A DNA stretch of 64,000 nt from Oopsacas minuta (lineage: Eukaryota > Animalia > Porifera), in NCBI GenBank assembly GCA_024704765.1, contig JAKMXF010000296.1, forward strand, positions 1 to 64,000, read 5' to 3'. Below the pieces are notes generated by a model that worked only from the letters and a program-made list of their open reading frames with translations, was not told the DNA's origin and did not search any database. The position numbers were made by a program, and so were the translations under genes. Numbering within the stretch: the stretch's first letter is position 1; the number at the start of each line of letters is the position of its first letter. Of this stretch, positions 12,206 to 25,141 are shown piece after piece.

Positions 12206-12976
12206 ATACAGCATGACAAATGGACACTTCGTCGACGGACATTTCGTCGAATAAAAATTTCTTCGGATGTCCAAACTTGCTGGAGATGTTGTTGGGATTC
12301 TGGGCTACCCTACGGTTTGTTGATAGGGAATTTATAGTGATATCTCGCTGTTGATATGACGACATTTTAATCGAATTAGTGAATTACAATGTATTAATAG
12401 GATATGTGTATCTTGGTCACTAATTCGATAGTAAATCTGAATTACAATATAATTCAGATAGGTCTGGAGAATAATATGTATTGTTTTTCCTCGGGGCAAG
12501 TTGTACATAGTATTTTTCCGCGGGGAAAATTACTATAAGCGACATATACCATATGGCACCGACAATAATAAAATAGTTTTGCAGAAAATGGTCCTCCCTA
12601 CGAAACTGGCCCGGCCGGACCAATTTCATATTCCATTCAGAACTTGGTTCCCCTACTTCTACATGCAAATTTTGATCAGTAAGGATCACATAGCACTTTT
12701 TAGTATGACTAATTCTCCATTTCTTGCATGGCTTAGCATTCAGATTCTTTTGCATTAATGTTGGACGCGAAATTAGATGTAGTCCAGTTGTACAAATCGT
12801 AATGTCATGAATAGTATGTAGGCCGTCTCCATGTAATACGTACTAAGTTGCTAATGCTATAGAATCTATAAATTATAGAGATAGAATGTAATATTACAAT
12901 TTTATCTGACATTTCGCTTTACTACTTTATTTTTACTATTTTATATACCGGTGTTTCTTAAACAACTGACAACTTA

Positions 12977-13287
12977 ATGGATCCCACAGAGTACAAAACG
13001 ATAGAAGATTATCAGTTTCCATCATATCCCATGAATTCAACAAAAATACAAAAGTTTATTACGTATGTTAGCCTCAAATTACACTATCAATTCAATCCAA
13101 CTTGTTAAACCATCTGGTAGTACCTTTTTAATTAATATTATAGCTGAAAAGTACCTGATATTCTAAAAGAATTCATGATAATTCAGGGCACCAATGTTTC
13201 CGCTACTCTTACCGCATAGCAAACGAGAGATATTACTGGCCGAAAGGGTACACGGAAATTGGAGAATATGTACAGCACTGTATACCT
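12977..13287 (+). pseudogene. Ginger/Gypsy-type integrase N-terminal fragment (HHCC zinc-binding region)
   Basis: 13165-13287 translates as KRIHDNSGHQCFRYSYRIANERYYWPKGYTEIGEYVQHCIP, matching the H-x-GH...RYYWP...YV-x2-C pattern. An MDPTEYKTIEDY start lies upstream. Confidence 0.6.
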
Positions 13288-14378
13288 AAGTTGTATAATA
13301 CGCGTATAACATACAATACATATTAAACATATAATACGTTATATGAGATCTATTTTAACGTATCATACGTCTAGATTAACCCCCAAATATGAGATTTTGA
13401 CATTGTTAGACTTGTATAAATTACATTAATATCAAGTATTATATAATTTGGTTAACTATGCTTAGATTTATCATTAAAATTCTAGAACTTCTGTTTTAAT
13501 GAAAAATATTTATTGCAGAAATCAGCATAATAGAAGTTACGTCACAAAATTGTAGATTGAACGTAGAATACGTATTACGTCTTTATTGAAAGAAGTATAT
13601 TAAACACCTTAGCTGTATACCATGTCAAAGAACAAGCCTAGCATAAAAGCACCTACTATCTCCCTCCAACTAGTAAACCGATTCATTTATCGTATGGGGT
13701 AGATCTCGTTAACTGGCCTAAATATTAGATTGAAATGTCTATAAAATTGTTAACTTGAATACTATATCTTAGCTAGTACATTTCCGATTTATTCTGGAAA
13801 GAACTCGTGTTTGCATGGGGATAAACAAGATTACGTATATACATTAGAAAGTCGGAAAATTGTTTCAAACAATAACATGCATCCGTTTGGGCCAATCAAC
13901 CGAATTCCCATTTAATAGAATTTCGTTTATCCACATGCAAACGAGTTGCCTTCAGGATTGTTCATAAGATATAGAGAATATAGACTATTCAAATTAACAA
14001 TTTTAATTTTAGCAAAAAATATTATGATCAGTTACGGAACAACAAATTCGCTTGGAGAAAAATTGTCCTGAGGTATTTTGTTATGTCATCAGATTGCACT
14101 AGAGACAGGGGTCACTTGGGAGAGGTACTAATCCATTGGTGACTTCATAGAAAAAAGGAATTTTTGGATATACCCACCACCCAGGAGGCCAACCTAGAAA
14201 TAGTTGACCGATAGTCAGATGATGGGCCCAATTTTAAGTGCTTGAAGTACCTGGTACTTCCATGATCTGTGTTTAACTTAAAATACATGGTAATTAATTT
14301 CCATATGCTATTCAGGGTTAGTTCCGAATAACGCTGTATAATAAACACAAAGTAAAGTGTATTCCGGATTATTTATCA

Positions 14379-14997
14379 CTAGCGCGCTTCGATTGCAGGG
14401 GCGCTGTGCGACAGCTTAGTGCCTCAGGTTAGATTAATATCAAATAGATAAATGTTTTGGTCAATAGGCGACGGGATAAACTGGGCACTTCGTACCTTGG
14501 GTGTATATGATAGCAGAAAATTTAAGATTTTATTATCCATGGCCCATCCAAATTACATTCAATGGCCTTATGTGGTGACCCTGGAGATGCCATGTCGCTG
14601 TTGGTTAGTAATCTCGGCACTTCGTCCCTCGTGTGTTAAGAATTAAAAAATTTTATTTGGTACAGTCACGATGACGTACTAATCCCATGTTGACTTAGCT
14701 TATGGTAAGAATCATGGAGTCAGGACATTTGTCATATTGAGGGGTACTTGTGATTCTAATTTCATTAGATGAATCCCGACCATAACTTCTATCATGTATA
14801 TTGGCTGTGGATAATAATGTGATTTTTCGAAAATCCAAAAAGGTGATAATGACGTCATAATTTTGTCATAGGAGTGAATTTTCGTCCAAGACTCTTATTT
14901 GTCTGAGCCAGGCCCAAAATACCCCTTGTATGCCAATAATCATCCCTGGGATCTTCCAGTTTCTTCAAACATACAAACATATATATACATATACATA
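14379..14997 (-). mobile_element. Non-autonomous Helitron-like repeat, family B
   Basis: The minus strand ends in a GC-rich segment followed by GCGCGCTAG-T. Homologous blocks lie at ~31230, ~47900, ~57811 and ~62400. The 5' side has an (ACAT/ACAAAC)-type tract. Confidence 0.6.
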
Positions 14998-14999
14998 TA

Positions 15000-17900
15000 C
15001 GAGGATCAGTCCAAAAGTTTTGTCGTACACAAAAAATATAATAACAAATTTAATCAAACTTTCACAGTTTCTTAAAGTAACGACCAAAACAATCTATGCA
15101 AAGTTGTATACGATGAAACCAACTGTCGAAACAATTATGCCATTTTTCCTCTGGCAGGCTCCAAAGGGCCCTTCAAATGCCAGACGAGCCTCTTCAGGAT
15201 TCTCAAACCTTATTCCACGGATCTTTTCCTTGATTGTTGAGAACAAGAAAAAGTCGCATGGAGCTAAATCTGGACTGTAAGGTGGATGCGATACCAACTG
15301 GACCGAATTTTCAGCCAGGAAGTCCAATGTTTTGCCTTCCGTGTGTGCAGATACATTATCGTGGTGAAGGAGAAGTCCTCTGATACCGGTCTTAGGGCGA
15401 CGAGAACTCCAAGCTTCCAATGCCTTGGGTAGGCAATTGTTAATGTACCAATCAGCATTGACGGTACGACGATCCTCGAGAGGAATTATTGCTATTGGGC
15501 CAGTCTTACAGAAAAAAGCAGCCACCATCTTCTTCCCAACGCTGCGAGCCCGGCGAAATTTAACAGGGAGATCTTCGGCAGGAAACACCCAGATTAAAGA
15601 TTGCTGCTTTGTTTCCGGATCGTACCGATAGATCCATGTCTCATCACATGTTAGTATGTCGTAAACTCGTTTAGACTCTCCTCCTGTAAATTTCTTTGAG
15701 CATAAACTTGCACCATTCTACCCTTGCCTCTAATTGCATTTCAGAGAGATTATGAGGGATCCATCGGGCCACAAGCCTTCTGACACCAAGATAATCATGT
15801 AGAATAGTATTGATGGCGGCTTTCCCGATCATTAGGGTCTCAGCAAACTGCTCATAGTTAATGCGTCTATCCTCTCTGATTAATGTCCTGGCAGCAGCAA
15901 TAGTCTTTGGAGTGAAGGCGGTTGAAGGTCGCCCAGACCTAGCTTCATCTTGTAGTGACGTTCTCTCCCTCCTGAAATTTAGATATCAGCGCTCCACTGT
16001 ACACTTAGATGGCGCTTGATCTTGGAAAGCTTCCACCAAGTTATCATGACTCTGCTCAACTGATATCTTACGCATAAAGTCATAAAACATCATAGCTCAA
16101 AAATCCCTTCTTTCCAGTTCCATTCAGTAATTATAAAATCTGTATATAGGCTTATGGATAAAATAGCGCTACTCAGAAAATAAGTGTTGAATATAGCTCA
16201 AATTAAAAGTAGAGTCATTATATATATATCTAAGTATATAGCAGGGTCGGCAAACTTCCCGCCAACGGGCCAAAATAGACAAATTGCATAAGATTGCGGG
16301 CCAGATGGGATACCATCGAAAACTCGTTTAGATTTTTGTAATTTATCAATTGATTAAGTACGATTATTATACAAGTATTAAGTAGGTAGATTTAGAATAT
16401 CCATTTGTTTATGATAATTATTTTGCATTATAAAATTAGACATACAAAAATATTAATGTTGATGTGATGGATGATACTGCCCTACTTTGGATAGCGCCTC
16501 TATGTCTGGTTTTAGGTTAGAGGTTGCCAATCGTAGCACACTGTCTAGGTGATTTTCGCTTAACCGTGTTCGCAACTTGCTTTTTATGTATTTCATCTTC
16601 GAGAAGAGTTGTGCACAAACGTATGTACTCCCGAAGAGAACTGCAACCTCCTTTGCATGTTTCATTAGTGAAGGAAATCTTTGAGGAGTTATATAATGTT
16701 GATAGAATTCGAGTAAAGGCACATCTCGAAATCTTGATCTGAGCTCACTCGAACTTTGGAGCTCAATCAGTTCCATTTGTAAATTTTCTGGGGCGTCACA
16801 TATTTCAACATCAAATACGGCGGCGAAGTAGCTAAAATACTTACAATGCTTATCCATATCTGCGAATCGAGTGTTAAACTGATCTTTGAGATCAGATATG
16901 AATTCGGCGTAACAAGAAACATCACATGGTTGGTGTGAACGAAGTGTAGGGAAATTAATGCAATTACTCTCTTTCAATTGAAGCTCCCATAGTTGTAACT
17001 TAACTTCAAATGCATAAATGTGTTCATAGAGGACATTGATGAACTGGTTCATTCCTTGTATTTTCAAATTTAGCATATTTAGATGATTAGTGATATCCAC
17101 CAGAAAGGAAAAATCTGTCATCCATTTCGCATCACTGAGCTCTGGAACTTCCATCCCTTTTTCCTCAAAAATTCGTCAATTCAGCTCTCAATTGGTAAAC
17201 TCTCTGCAACATTGCACCTCTACTTAACCAGCGCACTTCGCAATAATATAACAAATCGCCATATTGGTTATCCATCTCTTCTAACATATGCTGAAATTGA
17301 CGATGATATAATCCTCTTGCACGCACAAAGTTCACAATTTTTATGACTACCCGCATTACTTCCTGCATCTTCAGAGATTTTGCGCACAAGGGCTCGAGAT
17401 GGATTATACAATGTGTTTTTACCAGTTTTCTTTCAATGCCAGCATTTCTCATTTCTTTTTCTATCAAAGAAACTGCTCCCTTCACCTTTCCGATCATAGC
17501 TGGAGCACCATCTGTCGTTCCCCCACAAATATTACTTAGATTTAAGCCCAGGCTACCTATGACACTCATGATTCCTTGGAATATATTCTCACCAGTAGTG
17601 GTATCCTTTAGTGAAACCAAACTTGCCAATTCTTCTGTAATGTCAAACGTTGCATTGATTCCTCTCACAAAAATTGCAACCAGAGCAATATCAGTCGCAT
17701 CAGTGCTCTCATCAAGTGCAATTGCATATAATTCAAATTGTTGAGCACGCTCTTGTAATGTTGTCCTGATATCTGAAGACAAATCTTCAATTCTTCGGGT
17801 AACGGTTCTTGCAAGGCAGACTAATCTTACCAAAAAGATCTCTTTTTTCTGGACATATAATATCAGCCACAGTTAGAAGACACTCCTTCACAAATTCACC

Positions 17901-18651
17901 ATCAGTGAAAGGTTTCATGCGTTTCCCAATGAGTTCGCTAACAGCGAAACTAGCACGTGTAGTATTCTTTAACTCAGAAGTATGCTGTAAAAATTTACTC
18001 TGTTGCTCAGTTAAAGACCTTTGGAGAGATTCGATCTTACTCCTTCGCGTGGCACCGGTAAGAAAATCGAAATTTTTCGAATGCTTCGTCTCGTAGTGTC
18101 TCTTCAAATTGGACTCCTTCATCACAGCAAGAGATACAGCACATAAAAGGCAGGTGGGCAATCTTCCCGGCATAATAAAAAATACTTCTCGTCCAACTTT
18201 CCTTAAATACGCGATTTTCAAGATCTACTTTCCGCCTTTTAGATGTTGATGCCATTATTTAATTCACAATGAATTTGAAATTTGATCTGAGTATTGAAAC
18301 TTGAATCATGTGTATTTATCTACAATTCTACATACTATATTATGCTGAGATCAAATCCAAATAGTGTCAGAATACATTTGTGTGGCATCACTAACACACT
18401 CATTCCATTCACCCATTCTTCAATATGGCCTCCAAATTGCCGTAGAGGCCATAATAAGTGTTTCTGAAACAATTTTGGATTATAATTGAAAGAGCCTGAA
18501 AAGTAGAATAATTTCTGAAAGAGTCGAGCGAGGGCCGGGTAAAATCACCTCGCGGGCCGGAGTTTGCCGACTCCTGGTATATAGTGTTGTATTTATTTGA
18601 TTGAAGACAAAATGGCACCTTTGTACGACAAAACTTTTGGACTGACCCTCG
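15000..18651 (-). mobile_element. mariner element (DD34D), interrupted by a hAT insertion
   Basis: 30-bp TIRs CGAGG(A/G)TCAGTCCAAAAGTTTTGTCGTACA with TA TSD. Fragments TCDETWI and LHHDN...HPPYSPDLAPCDFFLF (15094-15588). Confidence 0.95.
16242..18576 (-). mobile_element. hAT element, GTF2IRD2/SPIN-like transposase (frameshifted)
   Basis: TIRs CAGGGTCGGCAAACT / AGTTTGCCGACTCCTG with an 8-bp TSD GTATATAG. Fragments from 18255 to 16453 include ALDESTD, TTDGAPAM, HCIIH, EVRWLSRG and FGSTYVC. Confidence 0.95.
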
Positions 18652-18707
18652 TATAAATATAAAACTGGTTAAATACCGTTACTTACAATTAGATGAATCC
18701 CGACCAT

Positions 18708-18790
18708 AACCTAACCAACCTGACTGAGTAGTCAAGTTAACTTGACCAACCTGACTGAGTAGTCAGGTTAACCTAACCAACCTGACCTAG
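18708..18790. repeat. 31-bp tandem repeat with internal palindromes (about 2.7 units)
   Basis: Units at 18708-18738, 18739-18769 and a partial at 18770-. Unit 2 contains AACCTGACT-GAGT-AGTCAGGTT. Confidence 0.88.
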
Positions 18791-18859
18791 TGGTGCCATA
18801 TGGGGGAAATTCAGTAACCAAAAGTGGTCAGGTTGAAACCTGACCAGTGGCTAAGGTCT

Positions 18860-19123
18860 TGTTGATTTGTACATTTATTGTTGTTTTTATGAATATAAAG
18901 TAAACAAATTAAATTTACGTCGATACATGCTCTCAACGGCTACAAAGTGGGTTGATCTTTCAAAATAATTCAATAATATATGGCATATACGTATATTTGT
19001 GAATTACATTGTTCTATATATATCAATATTATAATACTCAAAGAGCCCGTCAATTTGGTGCTAATGGATACTTCGAGGCGCAATGCGCCGAGTTCATCAC
19101 GAAGCGACAAGTCAAAGGCTCGT
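18860..19123 (+). mobile_element. Non-autonomous Helitron-like repeat, family A (3' part)
   Basis: Ends in GCGAAGCGAC(G/A)AG(C/T)CAAAGGCTCG-T. Matches copies at 21200, 24442, 25586, 43645, 46519, 52169, 58759 and 59620. Confidence 0.65.
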
Positions 19124-19781
19124 TTCAGTTAAATTACAATGGGAACAGTAACATCCTCTATTGATAAATTCAAAGTCAGACTACCACCCAAAATCAAATT
19201 CCTAGACTGGAAAAACAAACAAAATTTCGGAATCTATCCACAATTCCAGAAAATAGGTTTGAAACAATACAATTTTGTCATATATTGAGATTTAAATGGG
19301 GGGTGCATAAACCAATCCTCGTTGGGACATGAAAATTATGTTAGTTGAGCAAATTGTCAAATTATGCAGGAAAATTTGTATTGTCGGAAGCTATTTCAGA
19401 AAATACACACTGTTGGATTATAGAGGTCTTCGGGAATATTCAGGCATCGGTTTATGCAGGTTCCGCTGTAGTCCTTTTTTATGCTATTTTCAAGGTTGAA
19501 ACCGATCGAACCCGAATATTCGGGTGGCCAAATAGTTGGTTTGTCACAAAAATTGCTCCGTGAGACCAAAATTCCATGGAAATTGGTCTTATTATGAATT
19601 TTGGTCTCCCTATGTTATATGTTTATCTAATTAGTAAATATTTAATTTAACATCAAATTTATGTAATTTTAAACTTTTGGAGAGACAAGATCTGAGAGCG
19701 AGATGTGTATCAGTACCTAAAAAGCTGGATAATAAACTAGTTAGAGAAAAATCAATTCAACAGCCAGGCCAAACTCTAATC

Positions 19782-19843
19782 TTACAATCAGGAGCTGGTA
19801 TCCCGAACAACGTCCTCTTCGGATTACTAGCTCCTGATTGTAA
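19782..19843. other. 62-nt hairpin: minimal TA-flanked MITE or pre-miRNA-like stem
   Basis: 26-nt arms TTACAATCAGGAGCTGGTATCCCGAA / TTCGGATTACTAGCTCCTGATTGTAA around a 10-nt loop. Confidence 0.75.
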
Positions 19844-21199
19844 ATAAACAGGACTAAATGTGAATAACTAAGGATATATACAAATCTAATTTTTAATTTT
19901 TAAAAATAAACACGATTGTTTTTAAACCCTGTTGGCGGGTGGGCGACTCAAAAGACTTAGAATATCATGAGGTCTTGAACGTCGGGGTAGTTCATACATC
20001 CGAACTACCCCTAGTCATAGTTGAATAGGAGCTAGGACCAGTGGTAGTTTCGGATAATCAAATATTAACAAGTGATGACTGATTTTTCGCATTCGGAAAT
20101 AACATATTGGTTGACCAGGGGTGAGTCATTATTCCAAATATATATGTATACATTATTCCAAATTTGAAATGTTTGCATTAGTCCAAATGTGACGCATGCA
20201 TTAATCTAGATTCGTATGTCTGTAATTTTGATCAGCTTAGTTAAGAAAGTGTCAATATTTGGCCTGGATGTTGTCCAGATGGCCGACTGCCATCTGATTG
20301 TTGCACAAAGTGCAGACTACAAAATCAGGACAATGCATGCGCTCCGAAATTTTGAACTAACGGAGACTTCCTGAAAACTTTGGACTAATGCTAATTTTCA
20401 CATTTGGACTAATGCATACAAATACGCGGCCCGTTAGTACCTTTTGTGCGGCCCTTAGGCCAACATACGTCCTCCTAGCCTGGACTATTTTAAAACACTA
20501 TATAGAGTAAGCTCCACAATTTCGCTCACTCTTTACGCTTGAAAATTAAATCAATACTACAAATTTTCACTCACACATAGTATCAAAGATAATGTGTAAG
20601 AGAACTTATTTATTACAATGGAAATTTTCAGTCTATAAAACTGGAAAACATGTTAATCTCCAAAAAGGTATGAAATATTCACTTTAGAATATTTCATGCC
20701 CGAGTTGCAAATCTCCGACTCAAAACGGATAAGTATACCAATTTTCATAAAATCTTTCTGTTAGATTCAGGCATCTCCCTATAGGAGCTACACTAACAAG
20801 TATTTAGAATCTCAACTTGTGGTACTATAGAATGGTATTGTTATGACAAAAATGGCCTCCATATACGCTTATCAAATAATTAGCCATGGATTTTGGATTT
20901 CGTATTTCTGATTGAATCATATTCAAAAGGTATTTTGAGATACTCCTCTGTTTGTTGGTTTAGGTATTTCCTATGAATTTGTGACTATATATGCTTGGAT
21001 GTTGTCAAGGATTTTTTGATGCGGGAGTAGAGGAATAATTTCTATAACACATAAATTATCATATAGGGAATAACCTAGCATTCTGTTGATGATATAGAAA
21101 AGGTATACAATTAGATTGGGGTGCTGATTCTGATTTTTATACATTCAAATTAATCATATGTAAATTTATTTGTTGTATTTATAATTATATAGTAAATAT

Positions 21200-21523
21200 A
21201 TTGTTCAAGTGTCGAAATATACTTTCAGACTTGCTCTCAACAGACTTATGCGGATAATCAAGTACACTGATTCCGAAAATCGTATTTTCTGATATGTAAA
21301 TGTATTATTGTTCATATGAAAACAAATATTTGAATTCTCGGCTACAAAGGAGGTTGATCTTACAAAATAATTCAATAACATATATGCCATATACGTATAT
21401 TTGAGAATTACATTGTTCTAAATATATATTATAATACTCAAAGGGGATCTTCAATTTGGAGAATAATGGATACCTCGACGCGCAATGCGCGAGTTCACGC
21501 GAACTGTGCAGCCAAAGGTTCGT
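21200..21523 (+). mobile_element. Helitron-like family A copy (3' part)
   Basis: Homologous to 18860-19123 and ends GCAGCCAAAGGTTCG-T. Confidence 0.6.
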
Positions 21524-21838
21524 ATAAATACATCTGAATAAACAAATAGTTGAAATCTCGAAATATACTTAGAGAGTTGCCCTCAACAGACATATACGGG
21601 TAATCAAGTACGCTGATTTCGAATTTCGCATATTCAAGTTTCTCTTTTATATATTCTTTATATATTACTTATATATTTCTTTGTTTGTATTATTATAAAG
21701 TAGACAAATTGTTGAAATATTAAGTTATTAATTCAATTTTCAATTTTATACTTTGCTAATTTCGAGGTACGAAGTGTCGAGTCACTTGCGAACACAAATT
21801 GTTCGCAATTCCTTTTTGATTAGTTTTCTTATATCTAG

Positions 21839-22349
21839 GCTGCCGTCGACGAAAAGGACAAGTTACTACCTGAAGCTTCAAGCATCCCTAAATACTCTTC
21901 AGATACTAATCAACCAACTGCAATGTAAGTAAGAATGATAATCATATCACTTTGTATAATAAAGCCTGATATTATAAATCTGTAAAACTTGTATTTACCT
22001 TTTCCGGCTCTAAGTATTGTATATGGTAAATCTTTAATATTACTACGAGATGCAATGAATTTTCTATATACACACGACTATACTATTGTCTGTTAGTGGC
22101 TATATACCCCAAAGAATTATTCTACAACCCTGGCCAGATCGTATCCTCAGGCGTCGGCCATTTCATAATATATACATCAACCGAACTTAAATTTGATATG
22201 TTGATGGAATTCTATCTGTTCATACCTGCAAGCCTTTGTATATCATATACCTGGAATCAGTGCAAAATTAGCCCTGTACAATGGATGGTTCCCAATATTT
22301 TAATGCAGTCGAACACTAAAATTTTCGCTCGTTCGGTACACACTCAATC
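21839..22349 (+). CDS. Two candidate coding exons (21839-21924, 22097-22349) of an unidentified gene
   Basis: Pyrimidine-rich AG acceptors, GTAAGT donors and compatible phases give LPSTKRTSYYLKLQASLNTLQILINQLQ-L-AIYPKELFYNPG...VHTQ. No recognisable domain. Confidence 0.35.
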
Positions 22350-22480
22350 GTAAGTCTATATATACAAGTACAAGTATATGGCCAGTGTCTAGAAGGATTT
22401 GTCCCATTTACCCTTTTGTGCAGGGGTCTAGGCCAGGGATTTACTCCATTTAATTCCTGTAGATTTCAATACTACAAACT

Positions 22481-22941
22481 CAGGGCCGGATTAAGACTTT
22501 ACGGGACACTAAGTCATACATTTGGCGGGGCCCTACGTATTCAGCTAAGACCAAATACAATTGTATGAGATTACATTCAATATGTAGTAAACTAGTAATT
22601 AGATAAATGCATCATCACATATCCGTCAAATTGACCTTTTCTTGATTTCATTTTTGCAAAGTCATCAATGATATCCTGAAAGACGATGTTGTTCGTCAAA
22701 TCCGATTCAATGCACAACAAAGACAGGTTACAAATTTGCCTTCGTATAATGTCGATCGAAGCTCGTTCTTCACTCTTTTCAATAAAGAAAAGGATCATTC
22801 TCCTGTAGTGTTAGCAGCTTGACATGAAATTGAGTCTATCTCCAAAAATATCAAGCTTCGTTTAAATAATTTTGCAGGAAATCTAATTATCCGCGGGGCC
22901 CTAGGCCATGGCCTATTTGGCCTATGCCATAATCCACCAGC
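22481..22941 (-). mobile_element. hAT deletion derivative
   Basis: CAGGGCCGGATTA left end and GGGGCCC subterminal motifs. Dimerisation-domain fragment NLSLLCIESDLTNNIVFQDIIDDFAKMKSRK at 22592-22798. Confidence 0.7.
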
Positions 22942-24441
22942 GGCTACAGTGTATTAGGTTCATTCCCCAATATAAATCGACAATCCTAGCTATACTCCCC
23001 GCGTGAAAATCTCAGAATTATCTAACATTTTGCCAAAACTTTACCACAGGGCTGTGCCAGTAATGCCAACTGACCAAGTCGAACTTGGGCAGAATTCGTA
23101 CCTGACTGATTTTGGGCTCCTGGATCTGATAATTATTTCAGGATATTCAATAATATTTGTCCCCTGATGTACTTCATGTTTTATCCTCAAATCCTTGGAT
23201 AAAATTCCGAATAATTTTTCTACAATTACCCCCTGTCTAACTTTTTAAAGGAGCTCTCTAGCATCAATTTGATATATGTGCAAAAGGTGTGAAAATATGA
23301 TAAATCATATAAAAATAGATTTGAAAATGTTAATTTTGGAACCTACATGCTCGATTACCCCTAAATACCAGTTAAACGTAATCTCTAGCATAAGTTTGAC
23401 GAATATGCAAACAGTCGTGAAATATTCACTTTAGAAAAATTCATACCCGAGGTGCAAATCTCCGACCCAAAATGTATATGTTGTGCAAATTTTCATGTTA
23501 ATTGGACGGTCTGATTTCGCACGGCCGCGCGGACGGACGGATGGACGGACGAATGGGCTTATGGACGTCGCACATCGTCCATACCATTAGAGCAATCTCC
23601 CTATACTAAAACTTTCAAGAATTTGTCGAAATTCTCTGTCTCGTAACCCTTTATTTGTTAAATTATGTAGAACGTTAAATAATGCAACTTTCAATTCATA
23701 GTGAATATATGAAATTCTAAACCCTAATTGGATGTTAGTGAGTATCACCTAATGTGTTATCTAACCTAGTTGAATGCCGCTAAACAAGGGGGGTTCTCTG
23801 TCAACTAATTTGTGCTTCAAATTTTGCAGACAGTAAATTCTCTCTCTTTCCTACTTGGAGTAATACACTGTCGCCAGAGTCCTTCTGCTCTCTCGTTTAT
23901 TCAAGTCTTGGCGGGCTGTTCCTCTGGCTTAGGTACTTGTGGAATAGCGCTGATACACGCTTGTAAAATCGAGCGATTCTCCCGTTTCGCTTCATTCCAG
24001 AATTTGATAAAGAGATCATCGACGTATTTCCACTGGACCAATGCATGTCTTACAACTTCTTCGTTGCTTCATACATATAGTATATAGTATGTTAACAAAT
24101 ACATGTATTAATAAATGTTACTTTACATAGCAATCAGAAATACTGATGTAAACTCATTAGGTGGGAAGTACACTTTTCTGTCCAGATTTTATTCGGAAAA
24201 TCTGAAAATGTCCAGGTTTTGGTAAAAACCATGCTTTACATATACTTAATGCACAAAATATGTGTAGTTAATGCACATGGTTATCATCATCCTAGGGGCG
24301 TTGCATTAGTTCGAATTTACATGTTGGTATTAATTCAAATTTCTGATGTGGGCAATAGTTCGAAAGTTAAATATATGTAAGTTCGAATTAATTTCTATAT
24401 TGACATTAGTTCTAATGAAATATGATTCAATTATTTAAGTA

Positions 24442-25141
24442 ACGAGCATTTGGCTCGTCGCTTCGCGATGAACTCAGCGCATTGTGCCTCGAGGTATCCA
24501 TTATTCTCCAAATTGATTACCCCTTCGAGTATTATAAAATAGATATATATAGAACAGTGTAATTCACAAATATACGCACATGGTATATATATTTTTGAAT
24601 TATTTTGCAAATCTCCCTGTATATTCATAAAAAATCAATAAATTTACATATCAAGGGACAAACAACAAACAATACCATATTCGGACTCAGCATACTCGAT
24701 TACCCCAGTATAGTCGTTGAAAGTATGATTCTACCTCAATTTTTGGATTTGTTTTCCTTTATATTCATAAAATCAACACTAAATTTCCATATGAGAAGCT
24801 TGAAAAGCGAAATTCGGATTCAGCGTGCTTAGTTACCCCTGGGTAGCCGTTTAGAGCAAGCCGTACGTATATTTTGAGATTTGGATAATTTGTTTACTAT
24901 ATATTCATAAAAACAACAATAAATTTACGTATGATTAATCCAAAGTGTGAATATCGGATTAAGCATGTTTGATATATTTGGTGAAGTTTTATTGAATTCT
25001 AATTACTTCCTTGACAAACACTAAATACATAGTTATGCGACAATAATAAACTTGCATACCTTAAATCCTATCCTTTACAACGGACAACAAACAGACAAAC
25101 AGCCAGACCGACAGACAACAATTGAGATTTAATGATATAGA
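24442..25141 (-). mobile_element. Helitron-like family A, near full-length (~700 bp)
   Basis: Minus strand has the 5' TCTATATCATTAAATCTC end, a (TGTC/TGTT)n tract and the 3' GAGCCAAATGCTCG-T end. Confidence 0.7.

Noticed and set aside
12420-12758. Overlapping ORFs on both strands
   Set aside because: No recognisable domain or convincing splice chain.
14764-18710. 23-bp direct repeats as LTRs of a retroelement
   Set aside because: They are too short, lack TG...CA ends, PBS and PPT, and the interior is explained by mariner and hAT.
18708-18790. CRISPR-like palindromic repeats
   Set aside because: The units are contiguous with no unique spacers, there are no cas genes and the context is eukaryotic.
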